Shown here: positions 58,663 through 64,000 of the stretch, piece after piece
How positions within the stretch are numbered: position 1 is the stretch's first letter
How the letters are laid out: each line of letters opens with the position of its first letter
Assembly: GCA_022827275.1 (NCBI GenBank)
Contig: JAJDTG010000015.1
Span: forward strand, 67,646-131,645
Direction: 5' to 3'
Origin: Candidatus Dadabacteria bacterium
GTDB lineage: Bacteria > Desulfobacterota_D > UBA1144 > Nemesobacterales > Nemesobacteraceae
Length of the DNA: 64,000 bases
Position numbers and translations under genes: made by a program
Notes under the pieces: model-generated
The model's input: only the letters and a program-made list of their open reading frames with translations
Databases searched by the model: none
What the model was told of the DNA's origin: nothing

Positions 58663-60513
58663 TCAGACCCTGCTGGTTATATCAAACGGCTTTTTCACTT
58701 CCGGCTTGAACTCTTGTTTCTTTGACACCAGTTCGTCAAGTTCCGCCGAGTCTACGACTTCTTTTTCAAGAAGCAGGGAAGAGAGATCATGCAGAAGATC
58801 CAGATTGTCTCCGAGGAGCTTCATTACCTCGTCATAGCTTTCGTTCACGATCCTTTTCGTCTCCTGATCGATCTGCACCGCGGTGTCTTCGCTGTAATCG
58901 CTTTTTCTCGATATTTCCCTGCCAAGGAATGGCTGCTGTTCCCCTTTGCCGAAAGTTACCGGCCCCACAATTTCACTCATTCCCCATTCGCATACCATTT
59001 TTCTGGCTATGTCGGTAACCCTCTCAAGATCGTTTGCCGCGCCGCTGGTCCTTTCGGAGAACACAATCTCTTCGGCGGCCCTGCCTCCCAGAAGCACCTT
59101 TATGGTGGAAATCAGGTAGCTCCTGGAAAGGGTGTACTTGTCTTCAAGGGGAAGCTGCTGGGTAACCCCGAGAGCCATTCCCCTCGGTATGATAGTCACC
59201 TTGTGTATTGGATCGGCCTCGGGAGTCAGTTTCGCCACGAGCGCGTGTCCGGCTTCGTGATAAGCGGTGATCTTCTTCTCTTTTTCGCTTATCAGCATGC
59301 TTTTTCTCTCGACTCCCATCGTGACCTTGTCCTTTGCGTATTCAAAGTCCTCTATGGATATCTGCTCCTTGTCGTTGCGGGCCGCGTGAAGTACGGATTC
59401 ATTAACGAGGTTTTCAAGGTCGGCTCCGGAGAACCCCGGGGTGGACCTGGCGATTACCGAGAGATCAACGTCGTCAGCCATCGGAGTGTCTTTTGAATGA
59501 ACGACCAGTATGGCTTCTCTTCCCCTGACATCCGGCCTGGGGACTACAACCTGGCGGTCAAACCTCCCGGGCCTGAGAAGCGCGGGGTCAAGCACGTCCG
59601 GGCGGTTCGTCGCGGCCATGACTATAATGCCTTCGTTTCCTTCAAAGCCGTCCATCTCGACCAGAAGCTGGTTAAGGGTCTGCTCCCTTTCGTCGTGGCC
59701 CCCTCCGAGTCCCGCTCCCCTGTGTCTTCCCACGGCGTCGAGTTCGTCAACGAATATTATGCAGGGAGCGTTTTTCTTGGCCTGTATGAACAGGTCTCTT
59801 ACCCTTGAAGCTCCGACTCCGACGAACATCTCCACGAAGTCGCTCCCGCTTATGATGAAAAACGGCACTCCCGCTTCTCCGGCTATGGCTTTTGCGAGAA
59901 GGGTTTTTCCCGTTCCCGGGGGACCGACCAGCAAAACTCCCCTGGGTATTCTTCCCCCGAGGCGCGTGAACTTCTCAGGACTTTTCAGGAACTCCACTAT
60001 TTCGCTTACTTCCTCTTTCGCCTCCTCAACTCCGGCTACGTCCTTGAAGGTGATTTTGTTCTGGTCTTCGCCGAGCATCCTGGCGCGGTTTTTTCCGAAG
60101 CTCATGGCCTTCGTGCCCCCGGCCTGCACCTGTCTCATGAAAAAGACCATTAGTGCGACCAGTATGAAAAGGGGACCCCAGTTTATCAGTATCTGGGTAA
60201 GGGAACTCTGTTTGCGATGGGAAAAGCTGAACTCCACGCCGTTTTCCTCGAGCTTTGCGATAAGGAGTTCTCCCGCGGGACCGGTGGTTGTGAATCCGCG
60301 GTCTTCTGGGTCGGCGTTTTTAAGTTCTCCCCTTATTATGTTCTCGCCGAATTCCACCCTTGCCAGCCTGTCATGGTCCAGGTGTTCCAGGAACTTGCTG
60401 TAGGATATCTCCGAGTAGACGTTCGCCGAGGTGTTCATGAACTGGTACACGGCGAACACTCCGACGAATATGGCCACCCAGAGCACAAGGTTTCTAAAAA
60501 TATTTGCTGACAT
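58663..60513 (-). CDS. ftsH: ATP-dependent zinc metalloprotease FtsH
   Basis: [22 protein letters not shown]. Confidence 0.98.
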   Translation of the reverse strand: MSANIFRNLVLWVAIFVGVFAVYQFMNTSANVYSEISYSKFLEHLDHDRLARVEFGENIIRGELKNADPEDRGFTTTGPAGELLIAKLEENGVEFSFSHRKQSSLTQILINWGPLFILVALMVFFMRQVQAGGTKAMSFGKNRARMLGEDQNKITFKDVAGVEEAKEEVSEIVEFLKSPEKFTRLGGRIPRGVLLVGPPGTGKTLLAKAIAGEAGVPFFIISGSDFVEMFVGVGASRVRDLFIQAKKNAPCIIFVDELDAVGRHRGAGLGGGHDEREQTLNQLLVEMDGFEGNEGIIVMAATNRPDVLDPALLRPGRFDRQVVVPRPDVRGREAILVVHSKDTPMADDVDLSVIARSTPGFSGADLENLVNESVLHAARNDKEQISIEDFEYAKDKVTMGVERKSMLISEKEKKITAYHEAGHALVAKLTPEADPIHKVTIIPRGMALGVTQQLPLEDKYTLSRSYLISTIKVLLGGRAAEEIVFSERTSGAANDLERVTDIARKMVCEWGMSEIVGPVTFGKGEQQPFLGREISRKSDYSEDTAVQIDQETKRIVNESYDEVMKLLGDNLDLLHDLSSLLLEKEVVDSAELDELVSKKQEFKPEVKKPFDITSRV

Positions 60514-60644
60514 GCGTTATTCCTTTGTTTTTACGCAACTCTCACGCAGATAAACATATCCAAAAAATAAAATAACACAGTTAAAATGTCATTTCAAACG
60601 GGTGGAGATCTTATGTGCTTTGTCCATGAAAAGTCTTGACTCGT

Positions 60645-61226
60645 TTAGTTGGGCCATTTGATTTGCCGTTGGAAGTCAGAGTGCGAAAGCAGTTCTCTTG
60701 CTAATGTCTTCCCGGGAAATTGTATTAGCACCACCTGAAGCCCCGCCGTTCGCGCCAACTTCATTGCCGGCAAACAGTCTGTGTCACCTGTGATCAGAAT
60801 AATCCGTTCCACGGATCGATTGGCGGCATAGGTAGCGATGTCAAGACCAAGGCGCATGTCAACCCCTTTCTGCTCAAATCGAGGCTTAAAATCCTCATCC
60901 GATAGCGTGGTTGTAGAGAGGGGAATTTTCTTGGGTACAAATCCCCGAAACTTTAAAACGCCGAACCGAACAGCGAATTGTGGCTTGGCGGACAGTTCCT
61001 TTATCCATTCATCAGAGCCCGTGAAACTGAATGGTTTGCCAGAGACGGGAAGCTTCGGACTTCCCTTATACGGCGCACAATCATAATAAAGGATGCGCAG
61101 AAGGAATTCGTCTTCCAGAAGACAGGCGTGAGCAATTCTTTCAATGTAGTCAGGTGTATACTGAAGGTCAGCTTGCCGAACCAACACCCGCAGATATCCA
61201 CCGTCAATGAAAATTGCTGTTTTCAA
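60645..61226 (-). CDS. NYN/LabA-DUF88 PIN-fold ribonuclease
   Basis: IFIDGGY, RILYYDC, QKGVDM..GLDI, ITGDTD..PA; TTG start. Confidence 0.9.
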   Translation of the reverse strand: MKTAIFIDGGYLRVLVRQADLQYTPDYIERIAHACLLEDEFLLRILYYDCAPYKGSPKLPVSGKPFSFTGSDEWIKELSAKPQFAVRFGVLKFRGFVPKKIPLSTTTLSDEDFKPRFEQKGVDMRLGLDIATYAANRSVERIILITGDTDCLPAMKLARTAGLQVVLIQFPGKTLARELLSHSDFQRQIKWPN

Positions 61227-61325
61227 AAGAGAGACCTCCCACGGGTTTTAGCCTGTGGAAGGTCTCCACATACGTGCCCGCCTACGGGCGTAACGGATAA
61301 TTTCATGGTTTTGTCGAAAGGTTTT
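61227..61325 (-). ncRNA. candidate structured leader/antitoxin RNA upstream of the NYN gene
   Basis: Two hairpins (61271-61292 and 61231-61266), the second followed by UCUUUU; promoter just upstream. Confidence 0.5.
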
Positions 61326-61332
61326 GTTAAAA

Positions 61333-61362
61333 AATGTATACGAAATAAAAAGTTTCTGTCAA
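61333..61362 (-). promoter_or_regulatory. sigma70 promoter for the NYN leader
   Basis: TTGACA (61357-61362), then 16-18 nt, then TATACA/TACATT. Confidence 0.55.
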
Positions 61363-61493
61363 GGCCGCATGTTTCCTTCACTATACCTTCCTATATTCGT
61401 TTTCTCTGGGGTATTATGACCTCGGTTATAAACAATTGTGATGAGGAAAAACAACCCGTTTCCATAAAAAGCAATATTGTCCAAAGCGATTCT

Positions 61494-62405
61494 CTAATCG
61501 TAAAGGTCAGTTCCCAGATACATCTCTCCGCTGTCGCAGAAAGTTACAAGCACCTGGCCTCCATCTTCAAGTTCTTCTGAGATCCCGAGGGCCGCGCTGA
61601 GGCATGCTCCAGAGGATATTCCGACCAGTATGCCTTCCTCAGAAGCGAGGGCTTTGGCGCACTCACGGGCATCCTCCGTGGAGACCGGGTAGATCCTGTC
61701 GATCACGCCGGTATCGAGTTTCTCTGGAACGAACCCGGGCGATATCCCGCAGATGCCGTGAGAACCTTTTTTCCCCTCGGACAGGGTAAGGCTCTCTTTG
61801 GGTTCGACCACCACTACCTTGAGGCCGGGGTAGATCCTTTTGAGTTCGGAGCCCACTCCCATTACCGTCCCCCCGCTTCCGACTCCGCACACGAAAGCAT
61901 CGAGACGCCCCGGTATCTGGTTCTTTATTTCTTTTGCGGTCTCCTCGCGGTGAATCTCTATATCCGCTGTGTTTCTGAACTGGTCAAGGAAATAGCAGTC
62001 CGGGTTTTCGCGTTCAATCTCGCGGGCCTTTTCTCTTGATCCCCGAATCCCCAGACCCGGGTCGGTAAGAACCGCCTGCCCCTTAAACGCTTTTATTACC
62101 TGGATTTTCTCTTTTGCCGTATCTTCGGGCATGACAACGGCGAAGTCATAGCCGCCTGCCCGGCAGCAGAGAGCCAGCCCTATAGCGGTGTTCCCGCTCG
62201 ATGCCTCGATTACGGTCGTTTTACCGGGTTCTATAAGGTTCTCACGCTCCGCTTGTCTGAGCATGGCTATACACGCCCTGTCCTTTATGCTCCCTGCAGG
62301 GTTCAGGTTCTCAAGCTTTGCCCATATCTTTGAGCGTCCGTTTTTCGGCACGCTCCTGAGCCTTATTGCCGGAGTGTCGCCGATGCAGTCAATCAGGTTT
62401 GCCAT
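61494..62405 (-). CDS. cysK: cysteine synthase family PLP enzyme (CysK/CysM)
   Basis: IGDTP, KLENLNPAGSIKDR, SSGNT, GVGSGGT, EEGILVGISSGA. Confidence 0.88.
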   Translation of the reverse strand: MANLIDCIGDTPAIRLRSVPKNGRSKIWAKLENLNPAGSIKDRACIAMLRQAERENLIEPGKTTVIEASSGNTAIGLALCCRAGGYDFAVVMPEDTAKEKIQVIKAFKGQAVLTDPGLGIRGSREKAREIERENPDCYFLDQFRNTADIEIHREETAKEIKNQIPGRLDAFVCGVGSGGTVMGVGSELKRIYPGLKVVVVEPKESLTLSEGKKGSHGICGISPGFVPEKLDTGVIDRIYPVSTEDARECAKALASEEGILVGISSGACLSAALGISEELEDGGQVLVTFCDSGEMYLGTDLYD

Positions 62406-62439
62406 TTGCGTGTTTTTCGTGCGGATTTTCCGTGCCCGG

Positions 62440-62652
62440 TCAATACACAAGAAAGGAGATTATGTCTCTGAGCGCGCTGCTGTCTTTGCTTTTGATCTCG
62501 GCCAGTATCTCTCTTATCTGCTCCCACGTCACGTCTTCTTTTCTGATCTCGTTTTTGAGTTTCAGGAGAAGTACTTTTATTTCCTGGTCCGTCACGTCTT
62601 TTACGTATAAACTGAGAGCGGCCATCGCTTCATCTTCAGAAAAATGTGTCAT
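62440..62652 (-). CDS. small hypothetical protein
   Basis: 70-aa helical ORF with ATG, in line with cysK. Confidence 0.6.
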   Translation of the reverse strand: MTHFSEDEAMAALSLYVKDVTDQEIKVLLLKLKNEIRKEDVTWEQIREILAEIKSKDSSALRDIISFLVY

Positions 62653-62745
62653 TGGTCTAATTGCCGATTAGAATAACCCAAGAAGTTTTTTTAAGGTAAC
62701 CTTTTTTCGAGTTGATTTCCACGAAATTGTATACTCCCGGTGCAA

Positions 62746-64000
62746 ATGAATTCTAACAGAGGGATCAATCTTGCTGGCAAAGAACCGGGCAAGCTTCCCC
62801 GTTTCCGTTTCTTCGTGCCTACAGTCTTTGCCTTTGCCTGTCTGGTCGGGGTTCTTGCGGTCTATGTCTATTTCTCAAAAGACCTCCCGGACCTGCGCGA
62901 TCTCACAAGGTATCAGCCCGTCATCCTGAACGAGTTCTATTCATCCGAAGGGGAACTGATAGCGCAGTCCGGGCTTGAGAGAAGGGCGCTTGTAAATCTC
63001 GAGGATATCCCCCCTCACGTGATAAACGCCTTCATAGCCGTGGAAGACAGGAGATTCTATCAGCACAGCGGCGTGGACGCGAAAAGCGTTGTGAGGGCCC
63101 TTTTGCAGAACCTGATCACGGGGAGAATCGTCTCCGGCGGAAGCACCATTACTCAGCAGATAACCAAAAACCTCATCCTGGGTCCCGAAAAGGCGTACAG
63201 CAGGAAGATAAAAGAAGCCATTCTCTCATACAGGATAGAAAGAAACCTCTCCAAGGACGAAATACTTTATCTGTACCTAAACCACATATATCTTGCCGAC
63301 GGCGTCTACGGAGTTGAGATGGCGAGCCGGAATTACTTCGGGAAGTCGGCAAGGGACATAAACATAGCCGAGGCGTGCCTGCTGGCGGGGATTCCGCGAA
63401 GGCCGGAGCTTTACTCACCCAGGGTCAATCCCTCAAATGCGCTTAAAAGGCAGAAGACCGTGATAAACATAATGCGCAACCAGGAATTCATAACCGAAAG
63501 ACAGAAGCGGAGGGCCCTGGCATACAAGATAAAAATCATTCCGAAGCAAGAACCCAGGGGGGAATATATAGCCCCTTACTTCATTGAGTACGTAAGGGAA
63601 TATCTTGAGAAGAAGGTTGGCAGGAAGGCCTACGAGAAGGGCGGCTACAAGGTTTACACGACCCTTGACATGGACCTTAACCTTGTGGCTTACAGAGCCA
63701 TCAGAAGGGGAATACGCAACACGGAGAAAAGGCAGGGAAGAACCAGATTCACCATCGCCAGGCTAAGAACTGTCGAGAAGGTCGAGGAGTTCAAAAAACA
63801 GCAGAGCCAGCTTGTTTTTCAGGACGGAAAAACGTACAGAGCCGTTATCACCGTTACGGGAGACATAGACGGGAAAACTTCTTTTGCGACGGTGGAAGTC
63901 GGCGGCGAGAAACGGAAATTCAGTTACATAGCAGATCCGGAGAGGTATCTTCCCCCTCCCGACGGCATCTATCTTCTTCCCGAGAAGCTGCAGCCGGGAG
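62746..64000 (+). CDS. mrcA: penicillin-binding protein 1A (3'-partial)
   Basis: TM anchor, then transglycosylase motifs AVEDRRFYQHSGVD, GGSTITQQ, RKIKE, YLN; open to the window end. Confidence 0.92.
   Translation, partial: MNSNRGINLAGKEPGKLPRFRFFVPTVFAFACLVGVLAVYVYFSKDLPDLRDLTRYQPVILNEFYSSEGELIAQSGLERRALVNLEDIPPHVINAFIAVEDRRFYQHSGVDAKSVVRALLQNLITGRIVSGGSTITQQITKNLILGPEKAYSRKIKEAILSYRIERNLSKDEILYLYLNHIYLADGVYGVEMASRNYFGKSARDINIAEACLLAGIPRRPELYSPRVNPSNALKRQKTVINIMRNQEFITERQKRRALAYKIKIIPKQEPRGEYIAPYFIEYVREYLEKKVGRKAYEKGGYKVYTTLDMDLNLVAYRAIRRGIRNTEKRQGRTRFTIARLRTVEKVEEFKKQQSQLVFQDGKTYRAVITVTGDIDGKTSFATVEVGGEKRKFSYIADPERYLPPPDGIYLLPEKLQPG

Noticed and set aside
20321-63418. Long antisense or alternate-frame ORFs (e.g. 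54047-55120, 59510-60403, 23099-23959, 38389-39195)
   Set aside because: They are shadows of well-supported genes in GC-rich coding DNA and show no recognisable motifs.

Overview
This is a bacterial chromosome segment. Gene order (ftsH-folP-cdaA-cdaR-glmM-pdxJ-acpS; xerD-site-2 protease-scpA-scpB) and the C-terminal sorting motifs suggest a Deltaproteobacteria-like lineage, possibly Ca. Dadabacteria (inference only). The core backbone runs from a partial sigma factor and dnaK through aceEF-lpdA, rpsT, holA, ndk, cysC, proA, recN, nfo, cdsA, ybeY, scpAB, xerD, ahcY, metK, rpe, folC, acpS, pdxJ, glmM, cdaAR, folP, ftsH and cysK to a partial PBP1A gene. An AT-richer defence island of about 18 kb (c. 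2130-20230) lies between dnaK and aceE. It holds an intact IS21 with a 5-bp target duplication, HipA plus an HTH protein, a Gabija-like pair, a large SIR2 protein, AbiJ and a HEPN protein. The island is punctuated by at least six degenerate copies of a ~23-bp motif (GGGAA(T/C)TAT(A/G)(T/C)AC...) resembling IS1595/ISNwi1-group ends, plus a truncated IS1595 transposase, which suggests assembly from stacked transposon cassettes. Other highlights are a NYN ribonuclease gene behind a promoter-driven structured leader RNA (type III TA-like layout), helically phased repeats upstream of a Fic gene, a candidate sRNA upstream of rpsT, and a shared GCAIA-TM C-terminal sorting signal. No rRNA, tRNA or CRISPR array was seen. 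All calls come from reading motifs by eye; no searches were run.
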